Below are positions 30,326-39,617 of a stretch of DNA of 64,000 nt, piece after piece. The notes below the pieces were generated by a model that was not told where the DNA came from, searched no databases, and was given only the letters and a program-made list of their open reading frames with translations. The DNA is from Leifsonia sp. GTDB taxonomy: Bacteria; Actinomycetota; Actinomycetes; Actinomycetales; Microbacteriaceae. Where the stretch lies: positions 868-64,867 of the forward strand of contig JBEVEO010000176.1 of the NCBI GenBank assembly GCA_040512695.1. Direction: 5' to 3'. The first letter of the stretch is position 1; each line of letters opens with the position of its first letter. A program made the translations under genes and the position numbers.

Positions 30326-30843
30326 CAGAGCACCTTGAAGTAGTCGAAGGGCTCCAGGCAGGCACGGCATTCGTAGAGCGCCTTGCACGACGTCGAGCCG
30401 AACCGGGCGATCTCGCGGGTGTCGAGGGAATCGCAGCGGGGGCACTTCACGGCGAGCGACAGGCGCACGGGGCCCGACGGTTCGGCGGCGGCCGTGCCGC
30501 GGGGCGGCGTGATGCCGTAGTCGCGGAGCTTGTCGCGGCCGGCAGCGCTCATCCAGTCGGTCGTCCAGGCGGGGGAGAGCACGAACTCGACGCTCGCCTC
30601 CGCGAAGCCATCGGCCGCCAGGGCGCCGAGGACGTCGGCACGGATGGCCTCGATAGCGGGGCAGCCGCTGTAGGTGGGGGTGATCTCGACGCGGATGCCG
30701 TCGTCGTCGACGCTCACGCGCCGGAGGATGCCGAGGTCCTCGATCGTGAGCACGGGAAGCTCGGGATCGACGACCGTCGCCGCGATCTCCCAGACCCGCT
30801 GCTCGACGGCCGCTCGCGGCATCGTGTGCACGGCCGCGCTCAC
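30325..30843 (-). CDS. paaD: Phenylacetyl-CoA epoxidase subunit PaaD
   Basis: DPELPVL, TPTYSGCPA, PAWTTDW, CPRC..FGSTSCKA..CLEPFDYFK. Confidence 0.93.
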   Translation of the reverse strand: MSAAVHTMPRAAVEQRVWEIAATVVDPELPVLTIEDLGILRRVSVDDDGIRVEITPTYSGCPAIEAIRADVLGALAADGFAEASVEFVLSPAWTTDWMSAAGRDKLRDYGITPPRGTAAAEPSGPVRLSLAVKCPRCDSLDTREIARFGSTSCKALYECRACLEPFDYFKVL

Positions 30844-31718
30844 CAGGACGCTCCCGGATGGCGACGTGCCAGCACCTGCATCTCCGCGAGCAGGTGGCCG
30901 AGCGTCGAGAAGTGGCGCCCGCGTCGGCCGCCCCCCGACGACCGGAACCCGGACGGCGCCACGAGCTCGGCCTCGGCGAAGACCGTCGAGACGACGGAGT
31001 CGAAGGCGGGCCGGATGCTCGACGGACGGACGGCGACGCCGTCGAGACGGTCGATGAGCGGTTCGTCGACGAAGAGCTCGTCGGTGTACGGCCAGACGTC
31101 GTCGAGGGCGGCGATGAGGCGGGAGCGCGACTCGGCGGTGCCGAGGGCCAGCCGGAGCATCCACTGGGTGGCGTGGTCGCGGTGGTAGTCGACCTCCTTG
31201 ACGGCCTTCGCCGCCACCGCGGCGAGGGTCTCATCCGTGGAGGTGCTGAGCCGCGAGTACAGCTCGAAGAGGTACACCGAGGCCGCGAACTGCCGGACGA
31301 TGGTGTGGGCGAAGTCGCCGTTGGGCTGCTCGAACAGCCAGGCGCAGCGGAACTCCGACTCGTCCCGCCAGTAGGCGAGGTCGTCCTCCGTGCGGCCGGT
31401 GGCCGTGCCCGCGTAGCGGAGCAGTGATCGTGCGTGCCCGATGAGGTCGAGTGCGATGTTGCCGATGGCCACGTCCTCCTCCAGCTCGGGAGCGCGTGAG
31501 ATCCACCAGCCGAGCTGCTGCGACAGGATGAGGGCATCGTCGCCGAGCCAGAGCGCGTACTCCGCCACGTCGGCGCTCGCCGTGGCTCCGGATGCGCCGG
31601 CGAGTTCGGCATCGAGGGTCACGGTGTCGACGGAGACGTCGCCGTGCGCGTCGCTGGTGTCGGCTGGTGCGTCGGTGCTCACAGGTGCGTCGGTGCTCAC
31701 TGGTGCGTCGGTGCTCAC
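30840..31718 (-). CDS. paaC: Phenylacetyl-CoA epoxidase subunit PaaC
   Basis: LGDDALIL, APELEED, KEVDYH, GRH..L.EMQ..R.HPGASW. Confidence 0.93.
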   Translation of the reverse strand: MSTDAPVSTDAPVSTDAPADTSDAHGDVSVDTVTLDAELAGASGATASADVAEYALWLGDDALILSQQLGWWISRAPELEEDVAIGNIALDLIGHARSLLRYAGTATGRTEDDLAYWRDESEFRCAWLFEQPNGDFAHTIVRQFAASVYLFELYSRLSTSTDETLAAVAAKAVKEVDYHRDHATQWMLRLALGTAESRSRLIAALDDVWPYTDELFVDEPLIDRLDGVAVRPSSIRPAFDSVVSTVFAEAELVAPSGFRSSGGGRRGRHFSTLGHLLAEMQVLARRHPGASW

Positions 31719-31724
31719 AGGTGC
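31666..31724. repeat. 18-bp tandem repeat (3.3 copies) at the paaB/paaC junction
   Basis: GGTGCGTCGGTGCTCAC(A/T) x3 plus GGTGC; encodes VSTDAP x3. Confidence 0.92.
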
Positions 31725-32020
31725 TTCACCCCCTCGCTCGCGGTGTAGTACACGGCATGGCGGTAGTTCTTGCCGGCCGGACTCTCGAACCAGGCGCCCT
31801 TCGCATCCGGGTCGCTCGTCGTGATGGCGGCGGCCGGGACGACCCAGATGGAGACCCCTTCGCTGCGCCTGGTGTAGAGGTCGCGGGCGTTCCGCACGGC
31901 CATCTCCGCGTCCGGCGCGTGCAGGGAGCCGACGTGCACATGGCTGAGCCCGCGGTTGGCGCGCACGAACACCTCCCAGAGCGGCCAGGGTTCCGTCGCT
32001 GATTCTCCGGGTGTGGGCAT
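31715..32020 (-). CDS. paaB: Phenylacetyl-CoA epoxidase subunit PaaB
   Basis: WPLWEVFVR..GLSHVHVGSLHAPD..ARDLYTRR.EGVSIWVV..YRH. Confidence 0.95.
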   Translation of the reverse strand: MPTPGESATEPWPLWEVFVRANRGLSHVHVGSLHAPDAEMAVRNARDLYTRRSEGVSIWVVPAAAITTSDPDAKGAWFESPAGKNYRHAVYYTASEGVKHL

Positions 32021-33000
32021 CAGGCGACCTCCCTCTCGGTCCGGTCCGCCTGCTTCGCCGCATAGGCGGCAGCGGCCTCGCGCACCCAGGCCCCGTCCTC
32101 GTGGGCGTCGCGGCGGCGCTGCAGGCGTTCGGCGTTCATCGGCCCGCGGCCGGCGAGGACCTCGCCGAACTCGGTCCAGTCGATGGCACCCATGACATAG
32201 GAACCCGTCTCCTCGTCGAATCGCAGTTCCGGATCCGGCAGGCTCACGCCGAGCGCCTCGGCCTGTGGCACGAGCATGCCGACGAAGCGCTGGCGGAGCT
32301 CGTCGTTCGAGAAGCGCTTGATGTTCCAGGCCATCGACTGGGCCGAGTTCGGTGACTCGTCGTCGGGAGGGCCGAACATCTGCAGCGCCGGCCAGTACCA
32401 GCGGTCAACGGCATCCTGCGCCATCGCGCGCTGGGCGTCGGTGCCGCGCATGAGCTCGAGCAGGATCTCGAAGCCCTGTCGCTGGTGGAAGGACTCCTCC
32501 TTGCAGATGCGCACCATCGCGCGCCCGTACGGACCGTAGGAGGCACGGCACAGCGGCACCTGGTTGCAGATGGCCGCGCCGTCCACGAGCCAGCCGATGG
32601 CGCCCATGTCCGCCCACGTCGGTGTCGGGTAGTTGAAGATCGACGAGTAGCGCGCACGGCCGGCGATGAGGGCCTCCGTCATGTCGTCGCGGGTGGTGCC
32701 GAGGGTCTGCGCGGCGGAGTAGAGGTAGAGCCCGTGCCCGGCCTCGTCCTGCACCTTGGCCATCAGGATGGCCTTGCGCTTCAGGCTGGGCGCCCGGGTG
32801 ATCCAGTTGGCCTCCGGCTGCATGCCGATGATCTCCGAGTGGGCGTGCTGCGAGATCTGGCGCACGAGCGTCCTGCGGTAGGCGTCCGGCATCCAGTCCC
32901 GTGGCTCGACACGCGAGTCCGCAGCGATGATCTCCTCGAACCGGGCCTCCTCCGGCGTTCGCTGCTGCGTCTGCGTGAGGCCTGCCGTGCTCGTCATCAT
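32020..33000 (-). CDS. paaA: Phenylacetyl-CoA epoxidase subunit PaaA
   Basis: [31 protein letters not shown] di-iron motifs. Confidence 0.96.
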   Translation of the reverse strand: MMTSTAGLTQTQQRTPEEARFEEIIAADSRVEPRDWMPDAYRRTLVRQISQHAHSEIIGMQPEANWITRAPSLKRKAILMAKVQDEAGHGLYLYSAAQTLGTTRDDMTEALIAGRARYSSIFNYPTPTWADMGAIGWLVDGAAICNQVPLCRASYGPYGRAMVRICKEESFHQRQGFEILLELMRGTDAQRAMAQDAVDRWYWPALQMFGPPDDESPNSAQSMAWNIKRFSNDELRQRFVGMLVPQAEALGVSLPDPELRFDEETGSYVMGAIDWTEFGEVLAGRGPMNAERLQRRRDAHEDGAWVREAAAAYAAKQADRTEREVA

Positions 33001-33049
33001 CGACTCCCGCGACCGGCGGATGATCGACCGGAGACCATCCTCTTTACCA

Positions 33050-33063
33050 ACCGATCGTTCAGT
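33050..33063. promoter_or_regulatory. PaaR-type operator upstream of paaA
   Basis: ACCGA-TCGT-TCAGT, compared with the ACCGA-n4-TCGGT motif of Corynebacterium PaaR. Confidence 0.75.
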
Positions 33064-33109
33064 AAGTATATGTCGCCGGACTGTCCCTCGGCAAACAGGC
33101 GCGGTGCCG

Positions 33110-33123
33110 ACCGACCGTTCGGT
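33110..33123. promoter_or_regulatory. PaaR-type operator upstream of the TetR gene
   Basis: ACCGA-CCGT-TCGGT, exact match. Confidence 0.8.
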
Positions 33124-33146
33124 CATGCCGTGCCAGACTGTGACCG

Positions 33147-33773
33147 ATGACCGAGACCACCCCATCCGTTCCCCCCGTCGCCGAGTCCAGGCGCGGCCGG
33201 CCGGGGTACGACCGCGCCGGGATCCTCGAGGTCGCGGTCGCCGCGTTCATCGAATTCGGCTACGACGCGACGTCGATGGGGGTGCTCGCCGACCGGCTCG
33301 GCATCTCGAAGTCTGCCATCTACCACCACTTCGCCTCGAAGGAGGAGATGCTCGACCGCGCGCTCTCGGAGGCGCTCGACGGGCTGGAAGGGGTGCTCGC
33401 CTCCGAGGCGGCCGCCACCGGGAGCGCCTCGGACCGCCTCGCGGCCGTGCTGCGCGGCGCCGTGCTCGTGCTCGTCGACCGGTTGCCCTACGTGACCCTG
33501 CTGCTGCGGGTGCGCGGCAACACCGTCGTCGAGCGTGATGCGCTCACCCGCCGCCGCGAGTTCGACCGCGCCGTGACCGCCCTCGTCCGCGCCGCCGGCG
33601 ACGAGGGGACGCTCCGCAGCGACGTCGATCCCCGCGTCGTCGAGCTCCTGCTGTTCGGCATGGTCAACTCCATCGTCGAGTGGTACCGGCCGGGCGGCGA
33701 GGAGGACGCCGAGCGACTCGCGGACGACGTGCTCGCGATCGCGTTCGATGGGCTCCGTTCCCGCGCCGGCTGA
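33147..33773 (+). CDS. paaR: TetR-family regulator, PaaR-like
   Basis: [36 protein letters not shown]; divergent from paaA. Confidence 0.8.
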   Translation: MTETTPSVPPVAESRRGRPGYDRAGILEVAVAAFIEFGYDATSMGVLADRLGISKSAIYHHFASKEEMLDRALSEALDGLEGVLASEAAATGSASDRLAAVLRGAVLVLVDRLPYVTLLLRVRGNTVVERDALTRRREFDRAVTALVRAAGDEGTLRSDVDPRVVELLLFGMVNSIVEWYRPGGEEDAERLADDVLAIAFDGLRSRAG

Positions 33774-33801
33774 GTCGCGGCTTCCGGGTAGTTTGGGGAG
33801 C

Positions 33802-35925
33802 GTGGATGACGACAGCACGAGCGGGACGCGGGAGGCGGCGCTCTCGGTCCTGCGCACGCTCGTCGGCGATCCGACCGCGGACTTCCACGACGGCCAGTTC
33901 GCGGCCATCGAGACCCTCGTCGACGGACGTCACCGCGCCCTCGTCGTGCAGAGGACCGGATGGGGCAAGTCGGCCGTCTACTTCGTCGCGACGCTGCTGC
34001 TGCGCCGGCGCGGGGCGGGGCCGACGGTGCTCGTCTCGCCACTGCTCGCCCTCATGCGCGACCAGATCGAGGCAGCCGCCCGCGCCGGCGTGCGCGCCGT
34101 CGCCATCAACTCCACCAACCCGCACGAGTGGGAGGAGGTCGAGCGGGCCATCGCGGCCGACGAGGTCGACGTGCTGCTCGTCTCGCCGGAGCGCCTGAAC
34201 AACCCGTCGTTCCGGGAGAACCAGCTCCCGGCCCTGGTGCGCCGCATCGGCATGCTCGTCGTCGACGAGGCGCACTGCATCAGCGACTGGGGTCACGACT
34301 TCCGCCCGGACTACCGGCGGCTGAGCGAGCTCATCGCGCGCATGCCTGCCGGCGTCCCGGTGCTCGCCACCACCGCCACGGCCAACAGCCGGGTCGTTGC
34401 GGATGTCGCCGAGCAGCTCGGCGCGCGGGATGCCGGCGGCGGCGCCATCGATGTCGTCACCATCCGCGGACCGCTGGCCAGGGCGTCGCTCCGGCTCGGC
34501 GTCCTCCGGCTCCCCGACGCGCGTGCCCGCCTCGGCTGGCTGCTCAGTCACCTGGCCGACCTCCCGGGATCCGGCATCATCTACACCCTCACCGTGGCGG
34601 CCGCCGAGGACACGGCGCGGCTCCTGCGCGACGCCGGGCACGACGTGCGCGCCTACACCGGGCAGACCGACCCAGCGGAGCGCGAGGAGTCCGAGCGTCG
34701 GCTGAAGCGCAACGAGGTGAAGGCGCTCATCGCCACCAGCGCGCTGGGGATGGGCTTCGACAAGCCCGACCTCGGCTTCGTGCTGCACCTGGGCGCGCCG
34801 TCATCACCCGTCGCCTACTACCAGCAGGTGGGGCGCGCCGGCCGTGCGACGGCGAACGCCGACGTGCTCCTGCTGCCCGGCCGCGAGGACCCGGACATCT
34901 GGCACTACTTCGCCACGGCATCGATGCCCAACCGCATCCGCGCCGAACGCGTGATCGCCGCGCTCGCAGAGTCCTCAGCCCCGACATCGACCCCGGTGCT
35001 CGAGGCGATCGTCGACATCCGACGCACACCGCTCGAGCTCCTGCTCAAGGTGCTCGACGTGGACGGGGCCGTCCGCCGGGTGCAGGGAGGCTGGATCGCG
35101 ACGGGACAGCCGTGGACGTACGACGCCGAGCGCTACGAGCGCATCGCCGCGGAGCGTCTCGCCGAGCAGCAGCACATGATCGACTACGAGCAGACCGATG
35201 GATGCCGGATGGAGTTCCTGCAGCGCTCCCTCGACGACGAGACCGCGGTCCCGTGCGGGCGCTGCGACAACTGCGCCGGAGCCTGGTACCCGGTCGACGT
35301 GGCCGAATCGGCCGCCCTGTCTGCATCGTCGGCACTCGACCGGGTCGGGGTGCCGATCGAGCCGCGCGCCCAGTGGCCCGTCGGAGCCGACCGGCTCGGG
35401 GTGCCCGTGCGCGGTCGCATCGATCCAGCAGAACGGATGAGCGAAGGGCGTGCCCTCGCGCGGCTCACCGACCTCGGCTGGGGTGGCACGCTGCGCCAGG
35501 TGTTCGCCGCCGGCGCCGACGACGCCCCTCTCACTCCGGCGCTCCTGGCCGCGTGCGTTCGCGTGCTCGCCGAATGGGGCTGGGCCGAACGACCCGTCGG
35601 CATCGTCTCGGTTCCGTCGCGGGCGCATCCGCAGCTCGTCGACTCGCTCGCGCGCGGCCTGGCCGACGTCGGACGGCTGCCGTACCTCGGGGCGCTCGCA
35701 CCCCGCAACGGCGGACCGAGCGGGGACCCCGGCGGAAACAGCGCCTACCGGCTCGCGGGACTCTGGGACCGCTTCGACGCTTCCGGCCTGACGATTCCGT
35801 CCGGCCCGGTGCTCCTCGTCGACGATCTGGCCGACAGCCGGTGGACGCTCACCGTCGCCGCCCGCACCCTCCGGCTCGCGGGCGCGACCGCCGTGCTGCC
35901 GTTCACCCTGGCCGTGCGCGCCTGA
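33802..35925 (+). CDS. RecQ-family helicase with C-terminal phosphoribosyltransferase-like domain (RqlH-type)
   Basis: QRTGWGKS, VDEAH, QQVGRAGR, C..CGRCDNC Zn site, terminal LLVDDLADSRWT. Confidence 0.9.
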   Translation: MDDDSTSGTREAALSVLRTLVGDPTADFHDGQFAAIETLVDGRHRALVVQRTGWGKSAVYFVATLLLRRRGAGPTVLVSPLLALMRDQIEAAARAGVRAVAINSTNPHEWEEVERAIAADEVDVLLVSPERLNNPSFRENQLPALVRRIGMLVVDEAHCISDWGHDFRPDYRRLSELIARMPAGVPVLATTATANSRVVADVAEQLGARDAGGGAIDVVTIRGPLARASLRLGVLRLPDARARLGWLLSHLADLPGSGIIYTLTVAAAEDTARLLRDAGHDVRAYTGQTDPAEREESERRLKRNEVKALIATSALGMGFDKPDLGFVLHLGAPSSPVAYYQQVGRAGRATANADVLLLPGREDPDIWHYFATASMPNRIRAERVIAALAESSAPTSTPVLEAIVDIRRTPLELLLKVLDVDGAVRRVQGGWIATGQPWTYDAERYERIAAERLAEQQHMIDYEQTDGCRMEFLQRSLDDETAVPCGRCDNCAGAWYPVDVAESAALSASSALDRVGVPIEPRAQWPVGADRLGVPVRGRIDPAERMSEGRALARLTDLGWGGTLRQVFAAGADDAPLTPALLAACVRVLAEWGWAERPVGIVSVPSRAHPQLVDSLARGLADVGRLPYLGALAPRNGGPSGDPGGNSAYRLAGLWDRFDASGLTIPSGPVLLVDDLADSRWTLTVAARTLRLAGATAVLPFTLAVRA

Positions 35926-35995
35926 CCTCGAGATCCGCGACGATGGCGCCCCGGCGCCCACGGTGCGACACTGGCCGGAGGGAAACGAGGCGATC

Positions 35996-36403
35996 ATGGT
36001 CGACGGCACGGGAACGAAGAGCGACCCCTGGAAGCTCACGACGGCGCCGGGCACCTCGGCGTACGAGATGTACCGCGACGAGGACGGCGATCCGCCTGCA
36101 CTCGTCTGCGTCGTCGGCTCGACGACGCTGAAGTACCACCTGCGCGCGATCGAGGACCTCGCCGACTGGCTCAGGGGCCAGGGCGACTGGATCCCGCTCG
36201 GAGCGGCCGACGAGCAGAAGCCGGCGCTCGAGGGCTCGGTCGAGGCGTGGGCGCGGTCGGAGGAGAACCCGGTCGGGGGCTGGTTCGGCCTCAGGAAGGG
36301 CTATCGCGGGCGGTTCGGCATGTACGTGCCGCCCTTGCTCGAGGCGCTCGGACTGGCCGAACTCACCCACGATCCGCGCAACAACCGCATGCGTGCCCTC
36401 TGA
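35996..36403 (+). CDS. Conserved hypothetical protein (DUF6855-like, from recall)
   Basis: G.GT..DPW.L.T, LGAADEQK, NPVGGWFGLRKGYRGRF, RNNRMRA. Confidence 0.75.
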   Translation: MVDGTGTKSDPWKLTTAPGTSAYEMYRDEDGDPPALVCVVGSTTLKYHLRAIEDLADWLRGQGDWIPLGAADEQKPALEGSVEAWARSEENPVGGWFGLRKGYRGRFGMYVPPLLEALGLAELTHDPRNNRMRAL

Positions 36404-36405
36404 GT

Positions 36406-37317
36406 TCAGGCGAGGCCGAGCAGCTGCCGCTCGAACTGCGCCGTGCGCGTGCGCAGCGCATCGGCGACCGCGGCAACGGCCGCGAGACGCAGGGAGTCCG
36501 GGCGGAGCACCATCCAGTACGGCAAGTGCTCGGCGAAGTGCTCGGGGAGCAGTCGTACGAGGTCGTCGTGCCGGTCGGCCATGAAGCACGGCAGGAACCC
36601 GATGCCGGCGCCGGCGCGGGTGGCCTCCACGTGCACGAACACGTTCGTCGAGCTGAGCGAGTCCCGCATGGTCGGCACGAGCCGGCGCGGGGCATCGAGG
36701 TCGTCGACGAGGAGCATCGAGTCGACGAAGTACACGAGCGGGTGCCGGGTGAGCTGCTCCACGCTGCGCGGTTCGCCGTACTCGGCCAGGTAGTCGCGGG
36801 ACGCGTACATCCCGAGCACGTACTCGCCGAGGCGGAACGCGCTCGCCCGGTGCACCTGCGGTTCCCCGACGACGACCTCGATGTCGAGGCCCGAGCGATG
36901 CTGGCGGGCGCGCCGGGTGACGGTCTCGATCTCGACGGTGACGCCCGGATGCCTGCGGCGAAGCGACGCGACAGCCGGCGAGGCGATGTAGGCGCTGAAG
37001 CCGTCGGTGGCCGACATCCGCACCATGCCGGACAGCTGCTGCTCCGGCAGGTCGGCGTCCCCGGCCAGCCGGCCGATGGCGGCCTCCACGGCCTCCGCCG
37101 CATGCATGGAGCGCCGGCCGAGTTCGGTGAGCTCCCAGCCGCCGACGGACCGTGCGAGCACGTGGCCGCCGAGGGCACGCTCGAGCGAGCCGATCCGCCG
37201 GGACACCGTGGTGTGGTTGAGTCCGAGGCTCTCGCCCGCCGTCGTGAACCGTCCGGTGCGGGCCACGGCGAGCAGCACGAGCAGGTCGTCGGGGTTCGCG
37301 GGCGGCGTCGGCGTCAC
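36406..37317 (-). CDS. LysR-family regulator
   Basis: HTH GRFTTAG..LNHTTVSRRI, GAGIGFLP; divergent from the MFS gene. Confidence 0.92.
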   Translation of the reverse strand: MTPTPPANPDDLLVLLAVARTGRFTTAGESLGLNHTTVSRRIGSLERALGGHVLARSVGGWELTELGRRSMHAAEAVEAAIGRLAGDADLPEQQLSGMVRMSATDGFSAYIASPAVASLRRRHPGVTVEIETVTRRARQHRSGLDIEVVVGEPQVHRASAFRLGEYVLGMYASRDYLAEYGEPRSVEQLTRHPLVYFVDSMLLVDDLDAPRRLVPTMRDSLSSTNVFVHVEATRAGAGIGFLPCFMADRHDDLVRLLPEHFAEHLPYWMVLRPDSLRLAAVAAVADALRTRTAQFERQLLGLA

Positions 37318-37467
37318 ATCTGCAATTATGCACATGGCATCCTCGATGTTGGTCGTTGATGCACCGGCTGGATCGGGCGACACTCGATGCAGCGTCGCCG
37401 GAGTGCGCGCACCGTCGCACCCCACACGCGATCGGGTCAATGACGACACCGAAGGAGATCGACGCCG

Positions 37468-38844
37468 ATGAGCGTTAACCAGCAGCAGGCCGCAGCAACA
37501 GGTGCCGACGACGGGGAGACGGGCACGCCCCTCGCCGGCCTCAAGAAGATCGTCGCAGCGTCGATGGTCGGAACCGTCGTCGAGTGGTACGAGTTCTTCC
37601 TGTACGCGACCGCGGCGTCACTCGTGTTCGGCGCCTACTTCTTCCCGGCCGCCGGCACCCAGCTCGACGGCATCATCGCAGCCTTCCTCACCTACGCGGT
37701 GGGGTTCATCGCCCGACCGCTCGGCGGCATCGTGTTCGGCCAGATCGGCGACCGGTTCGGTCGCAAGCACACGCTGCAGGCCACGATCATCCTGGTCGGC
37801 GTCGCGACGTTCCTCATGGGCTGCCTGCCCGGCTTCGACACCATCGGCTACTGGGCGCCCGCCCTTCTGGTCGCCCTGCGCTTCATCCAGGGCTTCGCGG
37901 TCGGAGGCGAGTGGGGCGGCGCCGTCCTGCTCGTGGCCGAGCACAGCCCGAACCGCAGCCGCGGCTTCTGGTCGAGCTGGCCGCAGGCCGCCGTCCCCGT
38001 CGGCAACCTGCTCGCGACCCTCGTGCTGTTCACGATGTCGTGGGTGCTGCCGACCGAGCAGTTCCTCAGCTGGGGCTGGCGCGTGGCGTTCTGGCTCTCG
38101 GCCGTGATCGTCATCATCGGCTACTACATCCGCACCCACGTGACGGATGCTCCGATCTTCCTCGAGGCCAAGGCCAAGCAGGAGGAGGCCAAGGCCGCGA
38201 GCTTCGGCGTCGGCGCCGTCATCCGCCGCTACCCGAAGCAGCTTCTGCAGGCGATGGGACTCCGCTTCGCGGAGAACATCCTGTACTACATCATCGTGAG
38301 CTTCTCGATCGTGTACCTGTCGACCGCGGTCGGCTACAACACGAGCCAGCTGCTGTTCGCGCTGCTCATCGCCCACGGCGTGCACTTCCTCGCCATTCCG
38401 CAGGCGGGCCGCCTCGCCGACCGCATCGGGCGCAAGCCGGTGTATCTCGCCGGCGCCGTCCTCGGGGCGACCTGGGCGTTCTTCGCCTTCCCGATGTTCG
38501 ACACCGCCACGCCTGCGCTCATCGTGCTCGCCATCACCATCGGCCTGTGCTTCCACGCGCTCATGTATGCGGGGCAGCCCGCCGTCATGAGCGAGATGTT
38601 CCCCACCAGCATGCGGTACTCCGGTGTGTCCCTCGGCTACCAGGTGACCTCGATCGTCGCGGGATCGCTCGCGCCCATCATCGCGATCGCCCTGCTGCAG
38701 AACTACGGCTCGTGGGTGCCCGTCGCGATCTACGTCGCCATCGCGTGCGCCATCACCGCCGTCACCGTGCTCACGCTCCGCGAGACCAGGGGCATCTCCC
38801 TCCGGGCCGTCGACGCCGCCGACGCCGCACGGTACCCCGCATGA
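37468..38844 (+). CDS. MFS metabolite:H+ symporter (MHS/ShiA family)
   Basis: GTVVEWYEF, ARPLGG..GDRFGRK, QGFAVGGEWGG, DRIGRK. Confidence 0.93.
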   Translation: MSVNQQQAAATGADDGETGTPLAGLKKIVAASMVGTVVEWYEFFLYATAASLVFGAYFFPAAGTQLDGIIAAFLTYAVGFIARPLGGIVFGQIGDRFGRKHTLQATIILVGVATFLMGCLPGFDTIGYWAPALLVALRFIQGFAVGGEWGGAVLLVAEHSPNRSRGFWSSWPQAAVPVGNLLATLVLFTMSWVLPTEQFLSWGWRVAFWLSAVIVIIGYYIRTHVTDAPIFLEAKAKQEEAKAASFGVGAVIRRYPKQLLQAMGLRFAENILYYIIVSFSIVYLSTAVGYNTSQLLFALLIAHGVHFLAIPQAGRLADRIGRKPVYLAGAVLGATWAFFAFPMFDTATPALIVLAITIGLCFHALMYAGQPAVMSEMFPTSMRYSGVSLGYQVTSIVAGSLAPIIAIALLQNYGSWVPVAIYVAIACAITAVTVLTLRETRGISLRAVDAADAARYPA

Positions 38845-39614
38845 CCGCGGCCCGCGGCATCGACCTCCCTGCGACCCTCGCCGGCCGTCGCGCCATCGTG
38901 ACGGGTGGTGCGAGCGGCATCGGAGCGGCCTGCGTGCGATCCCTCGCCGCCCGCGGCGCCCTGGTGACCGTCGCGGACGTCGACGCCGCGGGTGCTGCAC
39001 GGCTGGCCGAGGAGGTGGGCGGCGAGTCGTGGGCCGTCGACCTCCTCGACACCGCCGCCCTGGAGGCCATCGCGCTGGAGACGGACATCCTGGTCAACAA
39101 CGCGGGCATCCAGCGGGTGAGCCCCATCGAGGACTTCGACCCGGCCGACTTCCGTCGCATCCTCGCCCTCATGCTCGAGGCGCCATTCCTGCTCATCCGG
39201 GCCGCGCTGCCGCACATGTACCAGAGCGGATGGGGTCGCGTGATCAACGTCTCGAGCGTGCACGGCCTGCGCGCGTCACCGTTCAAGGCCGCCTACGTGT
39301 CGGCCAAGCACGGGCTCGAGGGCCTCTCGAAGGTCACCGCGCTCGAGGGCGGGCCCAAGGGCGTGACGAGCAACTGCGTGGACCCCGGATACGTGCGCAC
39401 CCCGCTCGTCGAGGCGCAGCTGGCCGACCAGGCCGCCCTGCACGGCATCTCGGAGGACGAGGTGCTGCGCACGATCATGCTCGGTGAAGCGGCGGTGAAG
39501 CGACTCGTGGAGCCCGAGGAGGTCGCCGGCCTCGTGGCCTGGCTCGCGGCCGACGACGCCGCGATGGTGACGGGGGCCAGCTACACGATGGACGGCGGCT
39601 GGTCGGCCCGGTGA
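38841..39614 (+). CDS. bdhA: 3-hydroxybutyrate dehydrogenase (SDR)
   Basis: TGGASGIG, NNAGIQ, SVHGLRASPFKAAYVSAKHG, PGYVRTPLV; ATGA overlap. Confidence 0.88.
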   Translation: MTAARGIDLPATLAGRRAIVTGGASGIGAACVRSLAARGALVTVADVDAAGAARLAEEVGGESWAVDLLDTAALEAIALETDILVNNAGIQRVSPIEDFDPADFRRILALMLEAPFLLIRAALPHMYQSGWGRVINVSSVHGLRASPFKAAYVSAKHGLEGLSKVTALEGGPKGVTSNCVDPGYVRTPLVEAQLADQAALHGISEDEVLRTIMLGEAAVKRLVEPEEVAGLVAWLAADDAAMVTGASYTMDGGWSAR

Positions 39615-39617
39615 GCC

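Noticed and set aside
29171-31612. Apparent 813-aa PaaE fusion (likewise 39618-42050, 37584-39614, 16598-17758)
   Set aside because: Upstream parts are off-frame read-through of neighbouring genes; real starts lie at the stop/start overlaps
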